From NCBI GenBank assembly GCA_951406725.2, contig OX597816.1, forward strand, positions 1,302,001 to 1,366,000: 64,000 nucleotides of DNA, in the 5' to 3' direction. Position 1 is the stretch's first letter. Every line of letters begins with the position of its first letter. Made by a program: the position numbers and the translations under genes. The notes under the pieces are model-generated. The model made no database searches and was not told where the DNA came from. It worked only from the letters and a program-made list of their open reading frames with translations. Of this stretch, positions 24,871 through 38,249 are shown one piece after another. Source of the DNA: Octopus vulgaris (taxonomy: Eukaryota).

Positions 24871-25272
24871 TCATCATCATCATCATCATCATTTAGCGTC
24901 CGCTTTCCATGCTAGCATGGGTTAGACGGTTCGACCGGGGTCTGGGAAGCCAGAAGGCTGCACCAGGCCCAGTCTGATCTGGCAGTGTTTCTACGGCTGG
25001 ATGCCCTTCCTAACGCCAACCACTCCATGAGTGTAGTGGGTGCTTTTTACGTGCCACCGGCACAGGTGCCAGACGGAGCTGGCAAACGGCCACGGACGGA
25101 TGGTGCTTTTTACATGCCACTGGCACGGGGGCCAGGCGAGGCTGGCAAACGGCCACGAACGGATGGTCCTATGTGCCACCGGCACGGGGGCCAGGCAAGG
25201 CTGGCAACGGACATGAACGGATGGTGCTTTTATGTGCCACCGGCACGGAGGCCAGTCGGGGCGTCGCTGGCA
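24871..25272 (-). mobile_element. RTE 3' UTR fragment inserted in (TAA)n
   Basis: (CAT)n, terminal hairpin, 4 array units; (TAA)n on both sides. Confidence 0.88.
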
Positions 25273-25291
25273 ATAATAATAATAATAATAA

Positions 25292-26092
25292 TTGGAAAAC
25301 ATAGGTGGGATTGGCTGAAGAAAGGAGCACTGAAAAAAGAGACTGAGAGCACCATACTGGCAGCACAAGACCACGCTTTGGCCACAAATTGGAGGGTCAA
25401 CCTTAGGAACAAGCAAGTGTCTCTACTGTGCTGCATCTGTAACAGAGTGGATGAGACTATTGGCCATATCGTGAATGAATGCGCTAGACTTGCTCTAAAC
25501 CATCATAAGTTGTGGCAACACAATGAGGTAGCAAAAGTGTTACATCAGAGAATATGCAAAAAAGCAGGATCTAGAGAGAAGCAAGACATGGTAAGAGCAC
25601 AAACTGCAGAGTGTGGTGGGGTCAGAGATCTGCAAAACCCTGTGAGGTTTCCCAAACCAAACAGAGCTGGTCCTAGAGTATAACAAAATAGACGTAGTGC
25701 TGGTGGACAAGGTGCACTACATGTGCTATATAGCTGATGTTGCATGCCCCTTTGACCCACGAATAGCCAAGAAGGAAGGTGAAAAGACAGATAGATACAA
25801 TCTTCTTAAGTACAAAATAGCCTGGCTATGGAAAAGGAAGACGGTAAAGATAGTGCCAATTATTGTTGGATCCTTGGAGACAGTATTAGAAGGCATCAAG
25901 GGGAATATAAAAGAAATTGGAATAGAGTGCCTAGTAGAACTATTACAAACGGTTTGCCTCCTTGGCACAGCCAGAATAACCAGAAAAGTATAAAATGGTT
26001 GAAAAGAACAGATGACATGGCATTGTAGGCTGCCGGCAGCAAACCAGGTGTGCATGCAAAACTCCAGGAGTTCCAATAAAACCTGAGTTTTA
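25292..26092 (+). mobile_element. R4/Dong-like RLE non-LTR 3' fragment
   Basis: WLKKGALKKETESTILAAQD, CCICNRVDETIGHIVNEC (CCHC), IADVACPFD, LQTVCLLGTA; same family as 51848-52620(-) and 43175-43315(-). Confidence 0.9.
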
Positions 26093-26326
26093 AAAAAAAT
26101 AAGCAAATAATGGCTTCAAATTTCGGCACAAGGCCAGTAATATTGGCCAGTTGCATCAACCCCAGGATGCAACCAGTACTCATTTTATTGACCCCAGAAG
26201 GATGAAAAGCAAAGTCGACCATGGCAAAATTTGAAATTTACACAAAGACAGACGAAATGCCATAAAGCATGTTAACAATTCTGCCAGTTCATTACACCAC
26301 CACCAACAACAACAACAATAATGATA

Positions 26327-26358
<32 letters not shown>

Positions 26359-26604
26359 CCTGATGATAATGAATACAAGAGGTTTAATTGATTACATTGA
26401 CCCCAATACTCAACAGTGGCTTTAGTTTATTGACCCCAGAGAGATAAAAAGAAATCAAGCCGACCTCAGTGAGATTTGAACTTGGAATAGAAAGGGTAAG
26501 AATAATACCACAAAGTAATTTTGTCTAACACTCTAACAACTTTGCCAACTCACTGAGAGAAAGTTTATAAAATAAGTCATAAATCACTGTCAGAACAAAA
26601 AAAA

Positions 26605-26614
26605 GATAATAATG

Positions 26615-26669
<55 letters not shown>

Positions 26670-26723
26670 TAATAATAATAATAATAATAATAATAATATT
26701 TATGATAATAATAATAATAATAA

Positions 26724-26757
<34 letters not shown>

Positions 26758-26763
26758 TAAATA

Positions 26764-26795
<32 letters not shown>
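26605..26795. repeat. (TAA)n microsatellite followed by (TG)n
   Basis: Direct sequence. Confidence 0.95.
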
Positions 26796-26796
<1 letters not shown>

Positions 26797-26817
26797 TTGT
26801 GTTCTCTGATATAAGAG

Positions 26818-26853
<36 letters not shown>

Positions 26854-27283
26854 ATATCATCCACAGTAACCCCAGCCCATCATCATCATAGTTCCACTTT
26901 AACAATCGCTGCCACCAACACCATCATCCCTGCTTCAGGACTATCTTCTAGCACCATGATGAAACCAAAGATGAAGGCATCTGCCATAAAAGAATAGAAT
27001 TTTCCCACCTCAGCCACCCCATGCAGCCCCCACCTCCCATAACAAATATATTTATGATGGGTGCTACATCATAAGAACTACTACTACTGCTGCTACTACT
27101 ACTACTACTATTGAGAGGAGCTAATTCACATCTAACACAATAAAGTTTGGCATTGATGGTGTTAGGTTGGGTGGTTTGAATAAATAAATATTTATTGCCA
27201 TTGGTGGCGGTGGCGGTGGTGGTACCATTATCATCATCATCATCCTTGGCATTATTGTTAATTTTATGTGTGTGTTTGTGTGT

Positions 27284-27326
<43 letters not shown>

Positions 27327-28440
27327 CATATACGTGTATGTATGTATGTATATCTATGTGTGACTCTACCCTGAATATCATATCTGGTAAATGTTGCCTT
27401 CAGATTTGTCAGACATTAAAAACCCTATTGTTTTCTTCCTACATATAAGTTCAAGCATTGCAACGTGAATGAGAAGGTTCTCCCACACAACCACATGAGG
27501 GAGGGTTTCAATCCCACCATACGGCTCCTTGGCCAACTGTCTCTGCCATTTTCTCAGTTTGACAAATACTTTCTGGGCTGAATTTTGAAGACAGAAATTA
27601 TGCTGAATAACATACAGATATAAAACAATCACCTCCAATGTCCCACAAGCGCATCTCCCAACACATTTCTCTTATTATCTCTCTTACTGTTGCTCTCCTT
27701 CTCTTAATCTCTAACTCTCCTTTCTTTTCCACCTGGATTATCCATATACCTACCCTACAGCAGGACACCTACACCTGTCCCCTCAACTGGCACAAAGCCA
27801 CGCCCACTCACTACTTCTCCCCACTCCTAGCTGAGAGGTTTTTGTCTTGTAAGGTACTCGGTGAACCTGCCAGCACTGGTAGCATGTAAAAAGTACTGAT
27901 GCTAGTGCCAAATAAAAAGCACCCTTACTGGGGCCTTACTGGGGCCTTACTGGTGTTAGGAAAGGCATCCAGCCAGAGAAACCAAGCCGAAAAAAATAAA
28001 TAAAATTGGAGCCCAGTGTGTAGCTCTCCAGCTTGCCAATTCCTGTCAAACCACCCAACCAATGCCAGCTTGGAAAATGGATGTTAAATGATGATGATGA
28101 GGATGATGATGTCATCATTTTGATGCCCACTTTTCCATGCTTGCAGAGATCAAACAGACTTTATTGAGGCAAATTGTCTACAGCAAGATACTCTTCCTGA
28201 TAAAAAAGCATCAATAATGATGGATTCTGTCTTGGCATGTGGTTGGCAAGGAGTACATCCCACTGATGATTCCCAAGGAGGCTGAAATGCACATCTGACA
28301 TTCTCACTGCAACTAAAGAATGATTTTTCCTCTGCTATTCATATATTTGTGTACATCCATAAGAAATATTGTCCCTGAATGATAGCTGCATTTCATTTGT
28401 TTTGTTATGATGTATTTGCATTAAGTATGACACACAGTTG

Positions 28441-28480
<40 letters not shown>

Positions 28481-28483
<3 letters not shown>

Positions 28484-29705
28484 TCATCATCGTTTAACGT
28501 CCGCTTTCCATGCTAGCATGGGTTGGACGATTTTGACTGAGAGCTGGTGAGCCAGATGGCTGCACCAGGCTCCAATCTGATCTGGCAGAGTTTCTACAGC
28601 TGGATGCCCTTCCTAACGCCAACCACTCCGAGAGTGTAGTGGGTGCTTTTTACATGCCACCGGCATGGGGGCCAGTCAGGCAGTACTGGTAATGACTTCA
28701 CTCGAATCTTTTTACACATGCCACCGGCACAGGTGCCAGTGAAGCGACGTTGGTAATGATCACGCTCAAATGGTGCCCTTTTACGTGCCATGGGTACGGA
28801 AGCCAGTTGGCTGCTCTGGTAATGATCACACTTGGATGGTGCTATTGGCACCCTACTAGCACAGGCATAAGTGCCAGTAAGGTGATGTTGGTAACAATCA
28901 TACTTGAATAGCCGCTCTGTCAACGATCACACTTGTATGGTGCTCTTTGCACCCCGCTAGCACGGATGGCAGTCATTGAATTGACTTTGATTTTGATTTT
29001 GATTTCACTTGCCTCAACAGATCTTCGCAAGCAGTGTTTAGTGACTAAAGAAGGAAAAGGTACGCATAAGTGGGCTGGTTACGCTCCTGGCATAGGCCAC
29101 AGGTTATAGTCTCCTTTGGCTTGCTAGGTCTTTTCAAGCACAGCATATTTCCAAAAGTCTCAGTCGCTAGTCATTTCCTTGGTGAGGCCTAATGTTTGAA
29201 GTTTGTGCTTCACCACCTCATCCCAGGTCTTCCTGGGTCTACCTCTTCCACAGGTTCCCTCAACCACTAGGGTGTGGCACTTTTTCACACAGCTATCCTC
29301 ATCTATTCTTGCCACATGACCATACCAGCGCAAACGTCTCTCTTGCACACCACAACTGATGCTTCTTAGGTCCAACTTTTCTCTCAAGGTACTTATACTC
29401 TGTCGAGCATGCACACTGACATTACACATCCATCGGAGCATACTGGCTTCATTTCTTGCGAGCTTACGCATATCCTCAGCAGTCACAGCCCATGTTTCAC
29501 TGCCATGTAGCATGGCTGTTCGTACACATGCGTCATACAGTCTGCCTTTTACTCTGAGCGAGAGGCCTTTTGTCACCAGCAGAGATAAGAGCTCTCTGAA
29601 TTTTGCTCAGGCTATTCTTACTCTAGCAGTTACACTTTCAGCACATCCGCCCCCGCTACTGACTTGGTCACCTAGGTAACGGAAGCTGTCAACTACTTCT
29701 AGTTT
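28481..29705 (-). mobile_element. 5'-truncated RTE-clade LINE (third subfamily)
   Basis: KLEVVDSFRYLGD, ORF 29160-29576, longer diverged 3' array, (CAT)n abutting (TA)n at 28443-28480. Confidence 0.94.
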
Positions 29706-29709
29706 ATAT

Positions 29710-29722
29710 GTAGATAGATAGT

Positions 29723-29788
<66 letters not shown>

Positions 29789-29842
29789 CATACATACATA
29801 CATACATACATACATACATACATACATACATACATACATACA

Positions 29843-29870
<28 letters not shown>
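29710..29870. repeat. (TAGA)n(TACA)n compound microsatellite
   Basis: Direct sequence. Confidence 0.95.
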
Positions 29871-29878
<8 letters not shown>

Positions 29879-30039
29879 TTATGTAAAATAAAGAAAATTT
29901 AAACAGAAGGATTACTCAATACTTTTTAACAGAATACATGTTCATTAAATTTTTACAAGGAAAAGGTTGACAGTGACTTTGAAGTGATGTCTGATAAAGG
30001 TAAATGAACCTTAACTTATATATATATATATATATATAA

Positions 30040-32270
30040 TCACTAACTGGTTTGACACTGTTACAACTTCTAGTTCCTGTTCTCACTATTCATTCTGAAG
30101 ATAATTTTTGCCCATTGGGAGAGACATGTTGCTGCTAGAACTTGAGATTAAATCTCTGAAGAAAGAATTAATCTTGAGATAAATAAACCCAAAGGGAAAC
30201 TAAATCCTTTCTTTGATAGCATAAGCCAGTAGACAATTCAAAAGTTTGTTATATTTATTTAAACATCAGAGGAGGAAATCATTTTAACAGTGGAACTTGA
30301 AGTAGATAAAGCTATAATTAACAGTATGGAAAAAGTTTGGTTAAAAATCCCCTTGTTTTAGAATAAACAAGGTGATGCTTCTGATAGAGGTTATTTCAGG
30401 ACATCCTATTTCTCTCCGCTTAAAATAAAAGATTTTCTGTTGACATAAAGAAATGAAACACATTTTGTATCATTGAACAAGTCATTTGGGCTCCATTGAA
30501 AGAACCCTGTTTATGCGATGTGTGAAGGGGATGTGATTATGGTGGGACACATCGTCCTCTTGGGTCCTGATTAAGAATTGGAAACTATAGATGTAAAGAA
30601 GAGATAGAGCAAAATGGCTCAACCAGGAATTGAACCTGTTCACAGATACACAAGATCTCAGCACAACTCTCCAGTATTCCTGCCTGATTAATTGAACTGA
30701 ATATTTATTAAAGGGTTACACAAGAAACCAAGCTGTGGACATGAGGCAGTTTAGCTCCACTGGACAATTTGCAAGACTGATCCCAGACTCAGCTATTCTA
30801 ATATTTGTCTTACTTAAATAACCAGGAGAAAAATATCTGTCTTTTGTCAGGGGAGAATTTCGTCCTTTTTTGGGAGAATTTTATTTCCTTTTATAATCCC
30901 TTCCTGACAACCAGCAAAAGTATTTTGTTTGTTGACAAAGCACCATTGGTTGACTAATATGCTGTTATCCTCATCCTCACCATCATTTAATGTCTAATAT
31001 TTTCATGCTTGGCTTGCATGGGTCAGACAGAATTTGTTGAGGCAGATCTTCTCTGGCCAGGTGCTCCTCCTGCTGCCAACCCTCACCTGTTTTCAAGCAA
31101 AGAAATATTTCCCTGTGGCCAGACATGTTTCCCACTGAAGACTGGAAAGGAACAACCTCACTTGTATGATGGTGATGCTTGTTTACAGCCATCAGCTGAT
31201 GTCAAGTCAAGGCTACACACACGCCACACATGCTACACATACACACATGCACACAGACACAGACACATACACACATGCATACAGAAACACACACACATAT
31301 ACACACACATGCGATGAGCTTCTTTCAATTTCTATTTAAAAAATCCACTCACAAGGTTTTGATTGGCCTGGGATTAGAGTAGAAGACACTTGCCCTAGGT
31401 GCCACGCAGTGGGACTGAACCTGAGACCAAATGGTTGGGAAGCAAGCTTCTCAACCACACAACCAAGTCGGGTCTATACAACATATCAATACCTTATCTT
31501 TGATATGTAGAACCAAGATGGTTGAATAAAGGCTGTGCTGGACAATTTGTTAATATTTCCTTGTAATTACAGGTGAAACCCTGCATTTCCGTGGATTGTT
31601 TGGTTATTTAAAGGATCGGAAGAATAAGTTGAGATCATCTCACAAAGCTCAACATCAAATCAATCTTCCCAATTATCTCATCACATTTTTACCATTCCCG
31701 TCTGGTCTTGGACATTTGACTCCAAACTTTGATGTGAGGGTTGTGAGGGTTTGTGTCTGTCACAAAGTATTCCATGTTAAACTTCATCGTTTTGCAAGAA
31801 TCCATCACCAGGTGGATATCATTCTTCACTAAACTAGATTCCTACCATCTTAAACAAATGCAACATATATTAATTTCCTATTTATTACTATAAAAAATCT
31901 TGTGTTGCTATAGCAACAGAAACATTTATGTCCAACCCTCTATTTTCACATCTGTTTCTTTCTGACAATAAAATATTTTTAGTATATCAATGGCAACACT
32001 GGAGGCAGAAACAGCTGTTAGATGGGATCCAGTCTATTTGTATTGAATTGATAAGTAATAATTGATGAAAGTGAATTTTTGTTCATCAATATTTCTCCAT
32101 TTTTTGTTTGCTTTAAATTTTGATTCTTGATAAACTCATGTTTATCCATGTCTTTATCTATAATTTAGGAACATAATATGCTTGCATATGTATACTCTTG
32201 GTTAAACATAGGTAATATAATGGATACTTCAATCTCTTAGACGGTTATTTTAACCTCTAACTCAGCTAAC
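30040..32270 (+). mobile_element. Degraded Penelope-like element interrupted by a SINE
   Basis: LELEIKSLKKEL (thumb-like, ~30130), KVWLKIPL, HLGSIERTLFMR (YIG.T.R.L..R-like, ~30483), hammerhead-like CTGACAA...GAAACAGCTGTTAGA at 31962-32022. Confidence 0.4.
30980..31470 (-). mobile_element. tRNA-SINE family A with RTE-type 3' tail
   Basis: Head 31315-31470 (ggttcagtcccactgcgtggcacc), (CA)n middle, tail ending ccatgcaagc..atg..gacattaaatgatg. Confidence 0.8.
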
Positions 32271-32294
32271 CTATCATCATCATCATCATCATTA

Positions 32295-33060
32295 TTTTAT
32301 TGCCTTTGCACAGCTTCTAACATTGGAGATGTACTACAGTGTCAGCTGTTCACTACCAGTGAATTAAGGTAACACCTCTTATTTTTCGAGCACCTTCCAG
32401 AGTATTCAAGCAGTTCCAAGCAGTGCTGTTTTCTGCAAGTGCTCTACCCTTATTGCAGCCCCTATTTGTTCCACATACCTCTTGATATTTTTACTCACTG
32501 TTCCCAGTTCTACCTTTTTCATTGACCACAACTGCTTAACTTTCCAAGCTAACCTCTCATATCTCTAGACTTTTCTTTCTTCCTTATTGCATACCTTGCT
32601 GTCAGCTGGGCAGGCTTATATCTATTATCCAGCATAGTTTGTTTTCTTTCTCAATTAAGACTATGTCTGGCTTCCTATTCCATCATCATCATCATCATCA
32701 TCATCATTTCGCTAGTGCATGCCAATTTAGTGTTGGCAGGTATTTTATCTTGAGATTTGGTGACAACAAATCTCTTCAAATCTCATGTATCTTTCTTTGC
32801 GGGGGATTCTTGCAGAATATAGGATGGTACTTTTCTGCAGCAGGTCAACAATGCAAGTTTCAATTCCAATTTCTTTCTGTCTTTTAGGCAGCATTTTGGC
32901 TGCTGTGCCAAGTGCACCATTTCTTGCATGAGTAATTGCTGTCTTCTTCTTCTACAGTCTTCTCAGCTCTCTGGCCAGATCCTGGTATTTCTCAATTTTT
33001 TCAATGTCTTTGGTATTGGCTCTGCTATCATCAGCAATTCCAAATCTATCGTTTTACACT
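32295..33060 (-). mobile_element. Two stacked R4/Dong-like 3' fragments
   Basis: 32295-32680: VEHLQKTALLGTA; 32700-33060: KIEKYQDLARELRRL...LLQKSTILYSARI; each abuts a (CAT)n/(ATT) run. Confidence 0.75.
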
Positions 33061-33984
33061 GTATTGTTGTTGTCGTTGTCATTGTTGCCACCGCTGCCAG
33101 CATCATCGTCATCATTATTATTAAGGTTGTGAGATGGCAGAATCGTTAGCACATTTGACAAAATGCGTAGCTGCATTTCTTCAGTTCCTTACATTCTGAG
33201 TTCAAATTCCACTGAGGTCAACTTTGTCCTTTGTCCTTCCAGGATCGATAAAATAAGCCCCAGTTGAAGAAAAGGGTGGATGTAATCAACTTACCCTCCT
33301 TCTGAAATTGCAGCCCCTGCACCAAAATTGGAAACCACCACCGCCACCATCATCATCATCATCATAAACATATTCATTGCAGATCTCCAAGAACGAAAAA
33401 TCTGTGATGTGAGAAATTCTAACATTTCTTTTGTCTTCAACTGTTTTCATAATCATAAAAGTTTTGTCTTTGATTAATTAAAAGATTAAATGCCACTAAA
33501 ATTGTTGATATTTTATGGTAAATTCTCCTTGGTCCATTTTGTGAGAAACTAGCTTCTTTAACTTGTTTAACTTTCTTTTTATCTTATTTTATTTATTTAT
33601 TTATTTCATTTGATTTGCCTCAATTGATGAGGTTTGTCTTAAAACACACAATCTATAATTTTATTTCTCTCAATCAAAGATTCCTGTTTCTGCCTTTTGA
33701 GGAAAATTAAGCATCAAAACTCCAAAACCTCAGAGAAATGTCAGCAACTTCAAACCAAGCATTTCTTCAAACTGGGGCAATTTATAAAATTGTTGCGAAA
33801 ATTATAGGCTTCTTGCAGTCACTGCGTAAAAATTGCCCAAATGTAAGAAATGACAAAAAGGGAAAAATAAAAACGAAAATGAGAGAAAATGCAAAGATGA
33901 AAGCAGATTCTGGATTAGTGGCCACCATCTTTAATGTAGAAGTGGTGGTGGTGGTGTTATCCTCCTCCTCCTCCTCCTCATCAT

Positions 33985-34015
<31 letters not shown>

Positions 34016-34627
34016 AGCAGTAGAAGTATCAGTAATATTTTCTGTTTGGTTATTGCTGTTGTTGTTTAGCTTCATTGAACTTCCGTCTCCCACAGACATT
34101 CTTGCTGTGACAATCCAGTCTTTTAAAACAGACATAAGTGTATCTAGGATTACATTATCCAATGTGTTCTTCATTTAAGACAAGAATGTATGATTTGACA
34201 AAGATGTCAATACCATTTCTATCAAGTAGAATAAACACACATGAAAATATAAATATCATTAAAATAATATTAATATCCAGCAAGAATAAAGCACCATATT
34301 GGTAGAATTCACTGATTTAGGTTCTGATTATAACTGGGGTTATCAGCCGAGTAAGCAGGCAGAGATGTAATGGATATTTCAAGATTTGGTCATCCACGGT
34401 AGACTCAACCAATCAGATTCATGCTCACGTACGAGATCTGAACAGTTTGAAACTGCAGTAGGGAGTTATCCTTTATTCCTCTAACGGTCTCTGTAGAAGT
34501 AAGACAGAATTTTCCTATATTCATCGCATACACACAATCTCTGCCTGTAAATATTCAGTGAATCTCTACATAGTGCTGTAAACTTACTGGCTGCTATTTC
34601 TAGCAATGATTGTACTTCATGTACACC

Positions 34628-34676
<49 letters not shown>

Positions 34677-35095
34677 AAAGTAAGATAGATCTTCCACAAA
34701 AAGAAACCTGTTCTCTTCTGGCCGCTCTTCTCATACTCTACATTCCATCGTACAAAAACTGCCCCCCGCTCTACTTGCCAGCCAACTGAAGACCCCTCAT
34801 TTGTGCTGGTGCCATGGAAATAGCAGCCAAAACATTCTGCAAAGTGGTTAGCATTAGGGAAGGCATTCACAACCAGCCATAGAAACCATGCCAAACCCAA
34901 TGGTGGAGCTTGGTGCTGTCGTTGGACCCATCTGATCCTGTCGAAATGTTTGACCCATACCAGCATTGATGATGATGATGATGATGGTGTGGTGCCGTGG
35001 AGCGTGGAGGTAGTGAAATATATATATATATGTATGTATGTATGCATATATGTATATATATATATACATATCTCTCTCTATATATATAGATATAC

Positions 35096-35137
<42 letters not shown>

Positions 35138-35139
<2 letters not shown>

Positions 35140-35745
35140 TAGCATTATGACCCGTCGTTGCCATGTCATAGTGCTAGTGCATGTATATATGTGTATATAT
35201 ATGTGTACATATTACATGTACATCTATATATATACATCTACACATAAAATACAAAATACAAAGTTATATCTTGATATCGCTAGTGATAACAATACTCAAA
35301 ATATATAACAGACTGGAATTGTAGGCCCGTCTCTTGCAATTTCGATCAATTGTATCTTGTCTTCTCTTTTGTATAGAAGTGTGGCTACAATCCAGCCTAC
35401 CTCTACTTCTGGGGGGGATATTTTAAATTTTTATCCGGGATGTCCTACGTCCCAGATATAAAAGTAAAAATAAAATATTTCCACTTTGCAAGGTTCAAGT
35501 CAAGTACTCCCTTGCACGCTCCGTTGACTCAAACCTTGCTTCTATTGTGGCGAATTTACCGCCTCAGAGAAGATATGATATTGCTATGGGCTCGCCCTAG
35601 GCAAGAAGTTGAACATTTTTTTTGCCCATGAAAGTACATGGACCCTAAGTAAGGCATGTGTAAAATTTGAATGAAATTGGTTGTGTAGTTCTCAAGTTTT
35701 AGGGAAACACACAGACAGACACACATTCTCAGTTTTATATATATA
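35138..35745 (-). mobile_element. Non-autonomous Helitron-like element
   Basis: Minus-strand end ...cgacgggtcataatgCTAGt with subterminal hairpin; other end cagacagacacacattctcagttttatatat with (CAGA) repeats, as in Lep1-type Helitrons; TA flanks. Confidence 0.6.
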
Positions 35746-35807
35746 TACACATAAATATATATACATACATATATATATACATATATATACATACATACAT
35801 ACATACA

Positions 35808-35843
<36 letters not shown>

Positions 35844-35849
35844 TATATA

Positions 35850-37081
35850 CAGGGCTTGGGCAAAATAATGGAAACACCTAGCATCATAATTTTGAAATAT
35901 CTATAAAACCGTCAAAAGCTTGTTTATTTTGATGTTTTTTCATTTATTATTAGTGTTGCTTAATATGTTTTGCTAAAAAAGCGGGGTTTTTTTCAGATAT
36001 CATCAAAAAAAGGTAATTAAAATTCATTAAAATGACAGATCTTTCGGACTTTCAAAGAGGTTGAATTGTTGGTGCTCGTATGGCAGGCGCTAGCATAAGG
36101 AAAACAGCCGAAATGTTTGGTGTATCAAGAAGTACTGTCTTGAACGTAATGACAGCTTTTGAGAAAGAGGGAAAAACCTCCTCATTGAAACAAAACTCTG
36201 GAAGAAAACAAAAACTTTCAGATAGGGACCGTTGGACTCTTATGCGAATTGTTAGAAAGGATCACAAAAGAACAGGTCCCAGAATTACTGCAGAATTTAA
36301 CGACCACCTCGAGAACCAAGTTTCCATAAAAACTGTTCGCTGGAAGCTGCACAAAGCCGGATTTCATGGGAGGGCTGCAATCAGAAAACCACTACTTTCA
36401 AAAACAATCATTGCAATGCGTTTAGAGTGGAGTAAAAACCTACAGAATTGGTCCCTAGAGCATCCTTCACCTTATTTCCGACCACCGGTCAAGTATATGT
36501 GTGGAGACAGCCAAAAGAAGCATTTGACCCAGATTGCATTCTTCCAATTGCTAAACATGGAGGAGGATCTGTGATGATCTGGAGGGCTATATCTTGTAAA
36601 TCCGCCAGCCCAATGGCTTCCCTTCATGGCAGAATTAATAGTCAAGACTATTTAAGCATTTTATCTGATCAATTTCATCCTATAGTTGCGGAACTGCTTC
36701 CGGACAGAAATGCAATCTTTCAGGATGATAATGCACCGATTCACACAGCTAAATTTGTCACTGAATGGCACGAAGAACATTCTAATGAAGATGAACATCT
36801 TATCTGGCCACCACAGTCCCCAGATCTCAATATTATTGAACGTTTATGGTGCATTTTAGAAAAACAAGTAAAGAGTCAATAGCCTCCACCATCATCACTA
36901 CAAGAACTGGAGGCTGTTTTAGCTGAAAAATGGACAAAAATTCCTTTGGAAACAATTCAAACTTTGTACGAGTTCATACCTTGCAGAATTTAGGCTGTAA
37001 TTACTGGCAAAGGCAGTCCTACCCCATGTTAAAATAAATTTGCTTGAAATTTTAAGATGTTTCCATTATTTTGCCCAACCC

Positions 37082-37084
<3 letters not shown>
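35850..37084 (+). mobile_element. Tc1-like DNA transposon (1235 bp), D36E transposase pseudogene
   Basis: 27-bp TIRs cagggcttgggcaaaataatggaaaca / tgtttccattattttgcccaacccctg, TA flanks; ATG at 36032 MTDLSDFQRG*IVGARMAG, KHGGGSVMIW, FQDDNAPIH, WPPQSPDLNIIE; stops and a deletion over the first catalytic D. Confidence 0.95.
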
Positions 37085-37158
<74 letters not shown>

Positions 37159-37303
37159 TACACACAAGCACACACATATATATGTGTGTGTGTGTATATC
37201 TCTCTCTCTGGAGAAGATGTTCTCCTGGGGCTACAAGCTACAGTAACATCCACCCTTAGTGGTTAGCCATATTGAGATGGCAAATATACTTCACACATAT
37301 ATA

Positions 37304-37608
37304 TATAATCAAAATAAGCAACAAGGATATCCAAGGTAGCGTAGTACAATCGTTTCATGCTACTTCATTTTATTAAATGAAAAATTCTGTATGTGGCTGA
37401 AGATTGCCCGACATTTTAAAACTGATGTAATACTTACAGTATTTAATAAAATGAAGTAGCATGAAACGATTGTACTACGCTACCTTGGATATCCTTGTTG
37501 CTTATTTTGATTATAATCACCCCATTTGATTTATATGGATAATACCATACCAAATTCTTACCATACAAAATTAAGTACCATATTCATTTGAATCTAAATT
37601 TTGCTGAA

Positions 37609-37610
<2 letters not shown>
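37304..37610. mobile_element. Fold-back element with 75-bp perfect arms and 95-bp tail
   Basis: 37304-37378 is the exact reverse complement of 37441-37515; ctgatgt...gaaacgattgta hammerhead-like remnant; TA runs both sides. Confidence 0.78.
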
Positions 37611-37676
<66 letters not shown>

Positions 37677-38217
37677 CAGACATACATACATACATACATA
37701 CATATTCTCACATACATCACATAGACACCTATACATATACATACATACATTTGACGTGTATATATCGTGTGAAGAAATTTGAAATTCTCGGAGTGGCTCC
37801 TCGGTTTAGCGTAAGAGATTATAAAACATACGCCACTTTGCAAGGGAAGGTGAGGGAAGCGAAATGAGGAAAAAAAGAACATGTCTTCAATAAAATAGGT
37901 GGGAGAGAATTTAGGAAACAGACTGGGAAGAGTTTGGTTGGCGGGGGGGGGGGGGGGGATTCGACGTGAACATGGTAACCAAACGTTGTTTTGACAATTC
38001 AGATAAACATCTTTCATTCATACACATACACACACACACACACATGTACACATGCTCTGACACGGGCGCACACGCATACATGCAAAGATAAATAACTACA
38101 TTCGTCCTCACACACACACAAGGGTAACATATAGGCAAGCACATGCACACACAATGATAGGGATGGAGAAAAAGAAGGAGAAAAGCAAAGAAATTGGAGA
38201 GTGAAGAAATTGGCAAC

Positions 38218-38249
<32 letters not shown>

